Below, in pieces: positions 40,696 to 50,057 of a stretch of DNA of 64,000 bases. The stretch is from Polyangia bacterium. Lineage in GTDB: Bacteria > Myxococcota_A > Polyangia > JAAYKL01. The DNA lies in contig JBNKCR010000017.1 of the NCBI GenBank assembly GCA_050287845.1, forward strand, positions 18,186 through 82,185. The letters run 5' to 3'. The notes beneath the pieces were generated by a model, which saw only the letters and a list, made by a program, of their open reading frames with translations, was not told the DNA's origin and did not search any database. Within the stretch, counting starts at the first letter, position 1, and each line of letters begins with the position of its first letter. The position numbers and the translations under genes are program-made.

Positions 40696-40975
40696 GAGAT
40701 TCGTAACCCTTTTTTTTCATTTGAAGCCGCCTATATGGATTGAAATGATATACAAATACACTGCCGACGGTTAGTATCGGGCATTCATGATTTTATAAGT
40801 GAGTATTCGTAACGGGAGTTTGCGATTAAGGAACCGGCGAAATACGTGCTGTGTGTTGGCATCCGAAAAAGCGAGCGTAAAATAAATTCGAAACACGAAT
40901 TAGCGCGTATAACGCGTATAGAAGTAAACATAGTACGTATAGAATTGGAAAAAACGAGCGTAAAACGAGCGTAAC
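40696..40975. repeat. cluster of short direct repeats upstream of hsdR (GAGCGTAAAA x3, CGCGTATA x2, ACGTATAGA x2, ATTCGTAAC x2)
   Basis: Read directly in the sequence. It is the left boundary of the R-M block, with a T9 run at about 40703-40711. Confidence 0.45.
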
Positions 40976-41005
40976 CTGGCACCGTTCTTTACACCGGGAG
41001 AAGCA

Positions 41006-43828
41006 ATGGAAAAGATTCCATATTCAGAAGCGGAAACCCGTCAGCAGCTTATTGATAAATCCCTGGCGCTGGCCGGGTGGAACGTGAACGATCCCTCTCA
41101 GGTAATACAGGAACTTGACATCTATATAGAGAACGTGGCCGTATCAAAAGTGGCCGACCCTTCCACGCCGTACCGGGGGCATAACTTCGCAGACTATGCG
41201 CTGATGATGGAAGGGAAACCCATCGCGGTTATTGAAGCCAAAAGAACATCCAAAGATGCACGGGCCGGGCAGGAGCAGGCGCTGCAATATGCGCAGAAGC
41301 TGCAACAGATTCATGGCGTTCTGATGCCGTTTGTGTTTTACACTAACGGATACGAAACATTTTTTTGGGAAGTGGACTTTTACCCGCCGGTGAGAGTGTA
41401 TGGCTTTCCAACATTTAAAGACCTTCACTGGATGGACGAACGGCGTAAAAGCCGCAATCCCATGTCGGTTGAAATGATCAACCAGAATATTTCCGGCCGA
41501 GGGTATCAGCTGGAAGCCATCCGCTCTGTTCTTGAGAGTATTGAAAAAAAGCGAAGAGATTTTTTACTGGTCATGGCCACCGGTACCGGAAAAACCCGTA
41601 CCGCCATGGGAATGCTTGATGTGATTATTCGTGCCCACTGGGCCAAACGGGTATTGTTTCTGGTGGATCGCATTGCCCTTGGAGATCAGGCGCTGGATGC
41701 ATTCAGGGAACACATTCCCGCCGCGCCATCGTGGCCGCAAAAAAACGAACGGGATTTCACACCAAACCGCCGCGTTTATGTAACCACCTACCCAACAATG
41801 CTGAACCTGATTGAAAAGGGCACTACGCCACAGGATTGGATTTCGCCGTTCTTTTTCGATGTCATCGTGGCAGATGAGTCCCACCGAAGCATTTACAACA
41901 CCTACAAACAGGTGCTCGACTATTTTAACGCTATTCGGATAGGACTCACCGCAACGCCCACAAACCACATTGACCACGACACGTTTAAACTCTTTGACTG
42001 CGATTCCCACGACCCCACGTTTGCGTATACTTTCGAGGAAGCCCTGGCACATGATCCGCCATATCTGACAGACTTCGAAGTGTTGAAAGTGCGCTCCAAG
42101 TTTCAGCTGGAAGGCATTAAGGGCGGTGTGTTGCCTCCACAGGTGCAGCGTAAGCTGGTGGCAGAGGGCAAAGATATTGAAGAGATTGATTTTGAAGGCT
42201 CCGACTTGGAACGCAAGGTGACCAACTCAGGCACCAACGCGCTGATTGTTCGGGAGTTCATGGAAGAATGCATTAAGGACGAGTCGGGATCGCTGCCTGG
42301 CAAATCCATTATCTTTGCCATTTCCATGGCTCACGCCCGACGAATTCAGGAGCTGTTCGACCGAATGTATCCGGAGCACAAAGGCCAATTGGCGCGGGTG
42401 ATTGTGTCTCAGGAAAAATTTGTACACAGCAAAGGCGGTCTGCTCGACCAGTTCAAAAATCAGGATATGCCCCGGGTAGCCATCTCGGTGGACATGCTGG
42501 ATACGGGGGTGGATGTTCGAGAGATTGTAAATCTGGTGTTTGCCAAGCCGGTGTATTCGTATGTGAAGTTCTGGCAAATGATTGGTCGAGGCACCCGAGT
42601 ACTTGATGACGACCCCGCCAAACGCAAACCATGGTGTCGCCATAAAGACAAGTTCCTTATCATTGATTGCTGGTCAAATTTTGAGTTTTTCAAGATGCAG
42701 CCCGAGGGAAAAGAGCCAGGGGCGCAAACCCCAATGGCGGTAAAGCTGTTCACCAAACGGCTTGATAAGCTGGAAGCCGCCTTTGCTGTTGAACGCACCG
42801 ATGTGGTGGAAGCCGTTGTCAGCGATTTGAAAGCAGACCTTGCCACGCTGCCACAAAATAATGTGGTTGTAAGCGAAGCGCGCAAGGAACTCTCCAGAGT
42901 ACGCGACGACCAATTTTGGACAACGTTGTCACCATCGGATCTGGGATTCCTAAGAAACAACGTGGCCCCGGTGTTGCGCGCGCGGCCGGGAATCGATATT
43001 AAAGCCATGCGCTTTGAAACCGAAGCGGTGGAACTGGGCACCGCGCTGCTTGCGGAAAACGCAGACCAGGTCACCGCCATTCGCGACAGTCTTATCGCGC
43101 AAATTGACGAACTGCCCCTTTCTGTGAATGTGGTGGTCAGAGAAAAAGAGCTGATTGAACAGACTAAAGAAACTGCCTTCTGGGCAACGCCAACCGAAGA
43201 CAAAATCCGCTCATTGGTCAGCGCGCTGTCGCCACTGATGAGATTCCGCCAGCGAAAAACCGAATCGTTCATGACGCTGGATATTGAAGACCTCACAGTG
43301 GTGAAAGACTGGATTGAGTTCGGTCCCGAAAACGAGCGGATGTCCACCCGTGCGTACAGGGAAAGAGTTGAGCAGTATGTGCGCGATTTGGTGGAACAGA
43401 ATCCGGTGGTGGCCAAAATCGCCAATGGTGAAGAAGTAGGCGAAACCGAAATCATGGCCCTGGCGCGCACTCTGAAAGACCACGACCCCCAAGTCACCGA
43501 AGAGTTACTGCGTAAAGTATACGATCACAAAACTGCCCGCTTCATCCAGTTCATCAAACACATCCTCGGCCTCGAAAAACTGGAATCCTGGCAGGAATCC
43601 GTAAACCACAAATTCGAAGCGTTCATCGCCGAACACAATACGTTTACTGCACTGCAAATCCGCTTTTTGCAGACCCTGAAAACGTTCATTCTGCAAACCG
43701 GAAAAGTAGAAAGAAAAGACCTGATAGCAGCGCCGTTTACCCAGATTCATCCCAGTGGCGTGCGCGGTGTTTTCAATGCTGGGGAGATTGAAGAAATCCT
43801 GAATTTCTCCAGCGGATTTGTAGCGTAA
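41006..43828 (+). CDS. hsdR: Type I restriction enzyme R subunit
   Basis: N-terminal 'SEAETRQQLIDKSL' (HsdR_N type). PD-(D/E)xK-like 'DYAL...IAVIEAKR'. Helicase motif I 'MATGTGKT' and motif II 'VADESH'. 940 aa. Confidence 0.8.
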   Translation: MEKIPYSEAETRQQLIDKSLALAGWNVNDPSQVIQELDIYIENVAVSKVADPSTPYRGHNFADYALMMEGKPIAVIEAKRTSKDARAGQEQALQYAQKLQQIHGVLMPFVFYTNGYETFFWEVDFYPPVRVYGFPTFKDLHWMDERRKSRNPMSVEMINQNISGRGYQLEAIRSVLESIEKKRRDFLLVMATGTGKTRTAMGMLDVIIRAHWAKRVLFLVDRIALGDQALDAFREHIPAAPSWPQKNERDFTPNRRVYVTTYPTMLNLIEKGTTPQDWISPFFFDVIVADESHRSIYNTYKQVLDYFNAIRIGLTATPTNHIDHDTFKLFDCDSHDPTFAYTFEEALAHDPPYLTDFEVLKVRSKFQLEGIKGGVLPPQVQRKLVAEGKDIEEIDFEGSDLERKVTNSGTNALIVREFMEECIKDESGSLPGKSIIFAISMAHARRIQELFDRMYPEHKGQLARVIVSQEKFVHSKGGLLDQFKNQDMPRVAISVDMLDTGVDVREIVNLVFAKPVYSYVKFWQMIGRGTRVLDDDPAKRKPWCRHKDKFLIIDCWSNFEFFKMQPEGKEPGAQTPMAVKLFTKRLDKLEAAFAVERTDVVEAVVSDLKADLATLPQNNVVVSEARKELSRVRDDQFWTTLSPSDLGFLRNNVAPVLRARPGIDIKAMRFETEAVELGTALLAENADQVTAIRDSLIAQIDELPLSVNVVVREKELIEQTKETAFWATPTEDKIRSLVSALSPLMRFRQRKTESFMTLDIEDLTVVKDWIEFGPENERMSTRAYRERVEQYVRDLVEQNPVVAKIANGEEVGETEIMALARTLKDHDPQVTEELLRKVYDHKTARFIQFIKHILGLEKLESWQESVNHKFEAFIAEHNTFTALQIRFLQTLKTFILQTGKVERKDLIAAPFTQIHPSGVRGVFNAGEIEEILNFSSGFVA

Positions 43829-43885
43829 GAATAAGTCTCTTTCTTTCCGACGATTGTTCATTTTTAAAACATGGAACGATTTAAT

Positions 43886-43920
43886 AAACATGGTAATAAC
43901 CAGTTGATATTACCATGTTT
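43886..43920 (+). promoter_or_regulatory. perfect 13-bp inverted repeat (AAACATGGTAATA-N9-TATTACCATGTTT) whose right arm contains the fic start codon
   Basis: Arms at 43886-43898 and 43908-43920. The fic ATG is at 43915-43917, inside the right arm. Confidence 0.5.
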
Positions 43921-45009
43921 AACGAGTACATTACCACTATTCAAAAGGTGGAAAAATTGAACTCGATTGACTATAAAATATTGAAATCATTAGTTTTAAG
44001 TGTGGAACAGGCGTCGGCGATGCGGGCGATTGGGGAGTACAAGGGTCGGCAGGAGCTGTATACCCGGCAGACACCCGAAGTGCTGGAGTCCCTGAAAGAG
44101 GTTGCCGTTATTGAATCCACGGAGTCGTCCAATCGGCTGGAGGGGATTGAAGCGCCTCACCAGCGGGTAGAGGCCATTGTAAAAAAGAGCACCCAGCCCA
44201 GGGACCGCTCTGAGCAGGAAATCGCCGGGTATCAGGATGCGCTGGCCATGATTCATGAATCGGCCCAGTACATGCCATTTAGCCCCAATGTGATTCAGCA
44301 GCTTCACTCCACCATTTATCGGTACCACGTTAGCGATGGCGGCAAGTGGAAGCCCACTGACAATTCCATTGTGGAAAAGGATAGTGCGGGAAATATCACC
44401 CGCGTGCGGTTTGAAACGGTAAGCGCGGTGGAAACCCCTGGCGCAATGGAGCGACTTGGAAGCCTGTACAAAACAGCGTCGGAAAGTCACGACCTGGAAG
44501 CGCTGATACTGGTGCCGCTCACGGTGCTCGATTTTTTGTGCATTCACCCGTTTAGAGATGGCAATGGCCGAGTGGGTCGGCTGATTACGTTAATGCTTTT
44601 GTATCAGCATGGTTTCGAAGTGGGCCGGTACATCAGCCTGGAGCGCATCATCGAGGAATCGAAAGAATCGTACTACCGCACTCTCGAAAAGAGTTCTATC
44701 GGCTGGCACAAAGCAGAGCACGATCCCATGCCTTGGCTGGAGTATTTTTGGGGGATGCTGATAAAGGCCTACAAAGAATTTGAAGACCGCGTGGGAAATG
44801 TGCGCACCGGTAAGGGTTCAAAAACAGATCACGTGCGCGAAGCGGTGAGCAGGCGTATGCGCCCCTTTGCCATCTCGGAAATAGTAGTGGATTGCCCCGG
44901 GGTGAGCATGGACATGATTCGAATTGTACTGCGCAAAATGAGAGATGAAGGATTGCTTATCCAGGAGGGTACCGGTCGCGGTGCCAAGTGGATAAGGAAG
45001 ATGGATTGA
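43915..45009 (+). CDS. fic: Fic family protein, class II (intramolecular inhibitory motif)
   Basis: Fic motif 'HPFRDGNGRVGR'. N-terminal inhibitory [S/T]xxxE[G/N] motif 'SNRLEG'. C-terminal winged-helix-like segment. Confidence 0.85.
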   Translation: MFNEYITTIQKVEKLNSIDYKILKSLVLSVEQASAMRAIGEYKGRQELYTRQTPEVLESLKEVAVIESTESSNRLEGIEAPHQRVEAIVKKSTQPRDRSEQEIAGYQDALAMIHESAQYMPFSPNVIQQLHSTIYRYHVSDGGKWKPTDNSIVEKDSAGNITRVRFETVSAVETPGAMERLGSLYKTASESHDLEALILVPLTVLDFLCIHPFRDGNGRVGRLITLMLLYQHGFEVGRYISLERIIEESKESYYRTLEKSSIGWHKAEHDPMPWLEYFWGMLIKAYKEFEDRVGNVRTGKGSKTDHVREAVSRRMRPFAISEIVVDCPGVSMDMIRIVLRKMRDEGLLIQEGTGRGAKWIRKMD

Positions 45010-45029
45010 AATCAATAGGAAACCCCTGA

Positions 45030-46553
45030 ATGCTGACACAAACACTCAAATCAAAAATAGACTCCCTCTGGGACAAATTCTGGTCGGGGGGTATCGCCAA
45101 TCCGTTGACTGTGATGGAACAAATCTCCTACCTGCTCTTTATGCACAGGCTGGATGCGGCCGATTTGAAACGCAAAGCAGATGCGGAATGGCTGGGTGAA
45201 AAGTACACTTCGGTATTTGAAGGCAACGAAGAGTGCCGCTGGTCACGGTTTCGGCATAAGCCACCGGAAGAGATGCTCACCCATGTGCAAAACGACGTGT
45301 TTCCGTTTATTAAAAACATGAAAAACGGCGGGCAGCGCTTTTCGCATCACATGAAAGATGCGGTGTTCATTATTCCCAAGCCGTCGCTGCTTGCCGAGGC
45401 GGTTGATGTCATCGATGAGATTTATGCTGAAATTGAGCGGGAGCGTTCCGAGCAGGGGCAAAGCTTTCACGACACCCAGGGCGACCTGTACGAATATTTG
45501 CTTTCGGAGATATCATCCGCCGGTAAAAACGGGCAGTTTCGCACCCCCAGGCACATTATTCAAATGATGTGTCATCTGGTAAACCCCAAACTGGGTGAGA
45601 CCATTTGCGACCCCGCATGCGGCACGGGCGGCTTTTTGCTGGGCGCGTTTCAACATATACTCACTCAACACACCAGCGACAAGCTGCGCTGGCAGGACGA
45701 AAACAGCATGACCAAGGGCCCGGCAGGCGACAAGCTGACGGACCAGCGCCAGTGGGAGGTGCTGCGCAACAAAACATTTTATGGCTACGATTTTGACAGC
45801 ACCATGGTGCGCATCGGCATCATGAACCTGATGCTGCACGGCGTGGATAGCCCCAATCTGGATTACAAAGATACCCTTTCTAAAAGATACGATGAGCAGG
45901 AATGCTACGACGTATGCCTGGCCAATCCGCCGTTCAAGGGCAGCATTGACAAAGGCGACATCAACGAAGCACTGGCTTTAAAAACAACTAAAATAGAGCT
46001 GTTGTTTGTCAACCGCATCATCAATCTGCTGCGCATCGGCGGCAGGTCGGCCGTCATTGTGCCCGACGGCGTGCTCTTTGGTTCAAGCAAGGCCCACAAG
46101 GATTTGCGCAAAATGCTCATTGAAACCTGCGAGCTGCAGGGTGTAGTGTCTATGCCGTCGGGGGTGTTCAAGCCATACGCAGGTGTATCCACGGGGGTGC
46201 TGGTATTTGTAAAAGGCGGCGAAACCGAAAACGTGTGGTTCTACGACATGCAGGCTGACGGCCGTTCCCTGGATGATAAGCGCGATAAAATCGACCAGAA
46301 CGATATTCCCGACATCACCCAAAAATGGGCCAAACGGGATCCCAAAAAAGATACCGACCGCACAAAGAAAGCCTTCTTCGTGCCAGTGCAGGACATCATC
46401 GACAACAACTACGATCTGTCCATTAACCGGTACAAAGAAATCGAATACGAAGAAGTGGAATACGAGCCGCCCAAAGAGATTTTGAAAAAGCTACGCGCTT
46501 TGGAAAAAGAAATATCAAGCGACCTTGATGAGCTGGAGAAGATGTTGGGATGA
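45030..46553 (+). CDS. hsdM: Type I restriction-modification system methyltransferase subunit
   Basis: N6-MTase motifs 'DPACGTGGFLL' (AdoMet) and 'LANPPFKG' (NPPF). 507 aa. Confidence 0.9.
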   Translation: MLTQTLKSKIDSLWDKFWSGGIANPLTVMEQISYLLFMHRLDAADLKRKADAEWLGEKYTSVFEGNEECRWSRFRHKPPEEMLTHVQNDVFPFIKNMKNGGQRFSHHMKDAVFIIPKPSLLAEAVDVIDEIYAEIERERSEQGQSFHDTQGDLYEYLLSEISSAGKNGQFRTPRHIIQMMCHLVNPKLGETICDPACGTGGFLLGAFQHILTQHTSDKLRWQDENSMTKGPAGDKLTDQRQWEVLRNKTFYGYDFDSTMVRIGIMNLMLHGVDSPNLDYKDTLSKRYDEQECYDVCLANPPFKGSIDKGDINEALALKTTKIELLFVNRIINLLRIGGRSAVIVPDGVLFGSSKAHKDLRKMLIETCELQGVVSMPSGVFKPYAGVSTGVLVFVKGGETENVWFYDMQADGRSLDDKRDKIDQNDIPDITQKWAKRDPKKDTDRTKKAFFVPVQDIIDNNYDLSINRYKEIEYEEVEYEPPKEILKKLRALEKEISSDLDELEKMLG

Positions 46554-47731
46554 GTTTTCCATCACCTGGACATTGGGAAGAGGTTCAATTTGACCAAGTT
46601 GCGCAGGTCATCACGGGCTGTACACCGTCGACTAAATCGACTTCGTACTACGGTGGTGACATTCCGTTCATCGGCCCTGCTGATCTAGGAACAATGACGC
46701 CCATCTGTTCCAGCGCAAAGATGCTTACTCAGGCTGGGGCTGAGAAGGCACGAATGCTGCCGGTCGGAGCGGTATTAGTCTGTTGCATTGGAGCCACAAT
46801 CGGGAAAGTTGGAATAACCGGTACTCGCTTGGCTACAAATCAGCAAATAAATGCACTCATCTTTGATGAGGATCGAGTCGTTCCCCGCTATGGGCTCCAT
46901 TTCTGCCGAACTATAGAATTTGTGTTTCGCCATTTAAGTTCGTCTACGACATTACCTTTGCTACCGAAAAGTCGCTTCGCAGAAGTAAAGATCCCTCTCC
47001 CCCCACTTGCCGAACAAAAACGCATTGCCGCCATTCTCGACAAAGCCGACGCCATTCGCAAAAAGCGCAAACAGGCCATTGAACTGACAGAACAACTCCT
47101 GCGCGCCACATTCCTGGAAATGTTTGGGGACCCGGTGACGAACCCGAAGGGGTGGGATGTGGTGGAGCTATCAAAACTTGCAATAAAAATAACAGATGGA
47201 ACCCACAAAACCCCAAAATACACGGCATCTGGAATGCGATTCATAAGTGCGAAAAACATACGATCCAACGGTATTGACTGGAGCGATATCAAATATATCA
47301 CGCCCGAAGAGCACGCAGAGTTATATAAAAGATGTAATCCGCAACGAGAAGATATCGTTTTGTCAAAAAGTGGCTCGATTGGCACTGCAGTGAAAATTGA
47401 CGTTGATTTTGAATTTAGTCTATTCGAAAGCGCAGCTCTAATTAAACTCAAACCCAATTCCATATCAGCAGATTTTTTAACTGCATTGTTGAACACGGAT
47501 GGTTTTCGGCGATTGTATATACGAAGTACGAAGGGAGTTGCTGTAAAACATCTCCACCTAAATGAAATTCGCTCTTTGCCTATCATTATTCCATCACTCA
47601 ATATTCAAAAGTGTTTCGAGGATGTGTCGCAGCGGCTTGCTCATTTATCTAATAAACTTCATACAATTTGTCTCACAACAGAAGCCAATTTTTTGAGTCT
47701 CCAACAAAGGGCTTTCGCAGGTCGCATTTAA
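46550..47731 (+). CDS. hsdS: Type I restriction-modification system specificity subunit
   Basis: Two target-recognition halves separated by the conserved 'LPPLAEQKRIAAILDKADAIRKKRKQ' helix. ATGA overlap with hsdM. Lower GC than hsdR/hsdM. Confidence 0.8.
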   Translation: MSFPSPGHWEEVQFDQVAQVITGCTPSTKSTSYYGGDIPFIGPADLGTMTPICSSAKMLTQAGAEKARMLPVGAVLVCCIGATIGKVGITGTRLATNQQINALIFDEDRVVPRYGLHFCRTIEFVFRHLSSSTTLPLLPKSRFAEVKIPLPPLAEQKRIAAILDKADAIRKKRKQAIELTEQLLRATFLEMFGDPVTNPKGWDVVELSKLAIKITDGTHKTPKYTASGMRFISAKNIRSNGIDWSDIKYITPEEHAELYKRCNPQREDIVLSKSGSIGTAVKIDVDFEFSLFESAALIKLKPNSISADFLTALLNTDGFRRLYIRSTKGVAVKHLHLNEIRSLPIIIPSLNIQKCFEDVSQRLAHLSNKLHTICLTTEANFLSLQQRAFAGRI

Positions 47732-47751
47732 AATAAAAAACGAGGACAGCA

Positions 47752-48942
47752 ATGGGAATGGTCAAAAACGAATGGATGGAAGCTCAAGAGCGTGGATACT
47801 GCGATCTGGAAGGAGATGTATGTATTCATTGTATGGATGATGAAGACCTCCGCGTTTTGCATAGGGAACATCAAACAGGTTTAGGCACCTGTGAGTTCTG
47901 TGAAAAAGAAAATGTTGAAGTAGCTCCAGCCGAAGTGATTCAGGAACGAATAATGAACACGCTTGGCAAATATTATGTTGATATCCAATACTCCGGTTCC
48001 CCTTATATTTCAAGGGAAGGTGGTTGGCTTATCTCTAACGATGACGCGTCAACGATCGTTGACAATTATTTAGCCTGCAATGTTAGTGACGAATTTTGTA
48101 ACGCTGTTGTCAACGCCACCATGGACGAATTGTGGTGTGAATCGAATTGGGACATACTGTCTCCCCTGAAGAAGTTGAAATACGGATGGGAAGAATTTCG
48201 CCATATAGTGAAACATGTTCAGCGATTTTCTTTTGCATGGTCAAACGATGGAGAAGAAGTGTGGCATCCTGACCATACCAATCCGCGCGTGACCCTGGAG
48301 AGGGTCGGCGAACTCGTCAAGAAATACAAATTGCTGAAGACAGTTCCTGCAGGTACACAAATTTGTCGTGTTCGTGTCGATAAAAATACCTTTTACTCTT
48401 CGATGCCCGACATTGGAGTACCACCATCAAGTGCATCAAACGCCAGCAGAATGAGCCCCGCTGGAATCTCCATGTTTTATGGCGCAGTCGATTTTGAAAC
48501 TGCAATAAAGGAAACATGGGATGAACAGAATACCGCTCACTGTTCAATGGGATTATTCCGTTTAAAAAAGAACATTAGCGTGGTTGATTACAGCAGTATC
48601 CCCGTAGTACCGGGTTTCTGGAGTGACATCGAACGCCAAAAAAGAGAAGAAATATTGTTTCTTCACCAGCTGGCCGATGATTTTTCCAAACCTATTAGTC
48701 GAGGGGCGAAAGTAGATCTGGAGTATGCACCTACCCAAATCGTCGCAGAGTTTTTAATGAAATCTCCTTTTTTACAAACTGACAGGACGAACCCAATAAC
48801 GGGCCTACTTTTCAGTAGCAGCAAAACCGGAAAACAAAATTTCGTGCTAAACCTTGTGCATTCAACAGATTCAAAGCTCGGGAATAAGCAGGACGACTTT
48901 CTGGATCTCATTCAAGTGTCTACGAAAGTGCTGATACCATAG
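47752..48942 (+). CDS. zinc-ribbon-like N-terminal domain fused to a RES-like domain (candidate NAD+-targeting toxin/effector), 20 bp downstream of hsdS
   Basis: N-terminal 'CIHC...CEFC' in a treble-clef arrangement. The C-terminal half has 'SRMSPAGISMFYGAVDFETAIKE', resembling the RES core (R-x-N/S-P...Y-x-A...E). Low GC. Confidence 0.5.
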   Translation: MGMVKNEWMEAQERGYCDLEGDVCIHCMDDEDLRVLHREHQTGLGTCEFCEKENVEVAPAEVIQERIMNTLGKYYVDIQYSGSPYISREGGWLISNDDASTIVDNYLACNVSDEFCNAVVNATMDELWCESNWDILSPLKKLKYGWEEFRHIVKHVQRFSFAWSNDGEEVWHPDHTNPRVTLERVGELVKKYKLLKTVPAGTQICRVRVDKNTFYSSMPDIGVPPSSASNASRMSPAGISMFYGAVDFETAIKETWDEQNTAHCSMGLFRLKKNISVVDYSSIPVVPGFWSDIERQKREEILFLHQLADDFSKPISRGAKVDLEYAPTQIVAEFLMKSPFLQTDRTNPITGLLFSSSKTGKQNFVLNLVHSTDSKLGNKQDDFLDLIQVSTKVLIP

Positions 48943-48977
48943 GTGTATTCAGGTTCGCATCATCTGTAACAGTTATT

Positions 48978-49976
48978 CTATTTCAGTCCGCACCGCTCCC
49001 GCAACCTCTCAAACAGATCGGCGCTGATGAATCCAGCCTGCTTTTGCTCCAGCAAAGAATTCATGGTTTTCCGTTGTGATGGAGTCTCCGACATAGTCAC
49101 TGGTGCCGTCCGCGTTTGGAACTCTATCACCGTCTGCTCTTTGTCGTCGGGAACCGCTGACACACTCAACTTAGGCAAAATCTCCTTTCTCGCCGTATGC
49201 CACCGTTCCTCTTTAATAAGACTCCCCCACCTGGCGCACCAGTAGTTCCAGTTAATCCCCGTCGGCACTGTCCCTGGAATTCTGTTTTCAAACAGCTCAT
49301 ATCGCGCTCGGCTCAGCTGTGCTTTCCTCTCATGGCCTTTTTGAGCCAGCAAATATGCCAGGGTGTTAAAAATCATCTGCTTGATGTCCAGGCGTGTTGG
49401 TGGGCGGAGTGGGGTTGTGAATGGGATAGGTGCTAACTGTTCCGCGCCCGTTCGAGACGCTTCGCTCCTCAGGACAGCGGAACCTTTCGATGCTTTAACG
49501 ATGGGACGTGTCGAAAATCCCTGTGGTCCCTTTGCCAAAGGGACATGTGCTGGTTGTTTTTCTTTGCTGGGGCCTGCTGAGTGCGTTTCTTTTTGCTGTG
49601 ATTTTGATTTGTCGATAGTTGGGACACCAGTTCGATTCCCGGTTTGGGAATCCAATTGCTTTTTGGCGTCATGCTTCGCAACTACCCGTTTATCAACATC
49701 GTTTCGCGTGCGCTCGGTACTCTGATTAAAAGAATCAGGTATCTTAGGTTTGTCAGTGCGACTTTTTGTCGTGGGTATACAAGTGTGGGTGTTCCCCTTT
49801 GGAATGCTCCAGATGTTCAATGCTTTTTCGGTCAATGTGCAGCTGCAAATCTGTTCGCATTTGTGGTTGTCTGGCCCCGGCTGGATGATGCGCTCCAGGT
49901 CTGCTGGTAAGATTGTTGAAAATTGGTTTGAAATCGTTTCACAATGGAATATGATGAACGAATCCGATGTGGTCAT
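48978..49976 (-). CDS. hypothetical protein: disordered Lys/Ser/Thr/Pro-rich N-terminal half, globular C-terminal about 130 aa of unknown family
   Basis: 332-aa ORF convergent with the RES-like gene. No motif recognised. It lies in low-GC DNA. Confidence 0.35.
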   Translation of the reverse strand: MTTSDSFIIFHCETISNQFSTILPADLERIIQPGPDNHKCEQICSCTLTEKALNIWSIPKGNTHTCIPTTKSRTDKPKIPDSFNQSTERTRNDVDKRVVAKHDAKKQLDSQTGNRTGVPTIDKSKSQQKETHSAGPSKEKQPAHVPLAKGPQGFSTRPIVKASKGSAVLRSEASRTGAEQLAPIPFTTPLRPPTRLDIKQMIFNTLAYLLAQKGHERKAQLSRARYELFENRIPGTVPTGINWNYWCARWGSLIKEERWHTARKEILPKLSVSAVPDDKEQTVIEFQTRTAPVTMSETPSQRKTMNSLLEQKQAGFISADLFERLRERCGLK

Positions 49977-50037
49977 ATGGTTTCAGAACCCCCGGATGTT
50001 GCAGCGGAAAATTTATTGAACCGCGAAGGAAAACATT

Positions 50038-50057
50038 GTGCAACCGGTTGCACTTTT
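50038..50057 (+). terminator. perfect 16-bp palindrome GTGCAACCGGTTGCAC followed by TTTT (terminator-like on + strand, or operator upstream of the minus-strand 332-aa gene)
   Basis: Read directly. It sits 60 bp upstream of the 49976 start codon of the minus-strand ORF. Confidence 0.35.

Noticed and set aside
40968-40983. TGGCAC-N5-TTTAC upstream of hsdR as a sigma54 promoter
   Set aside because: The -24 element is perfect but the -12 element lacks the invariant GC dinucleotide, so it is not called.
42460-43497. 345-aa minus-strand ORF, Ser/Thr-rich, inside hsdR
   Set aside because: It is antisense to hsdR, which has clear helicase motifs. The low-complexity Ser-rich translation is typical of a spurious antisense frame.
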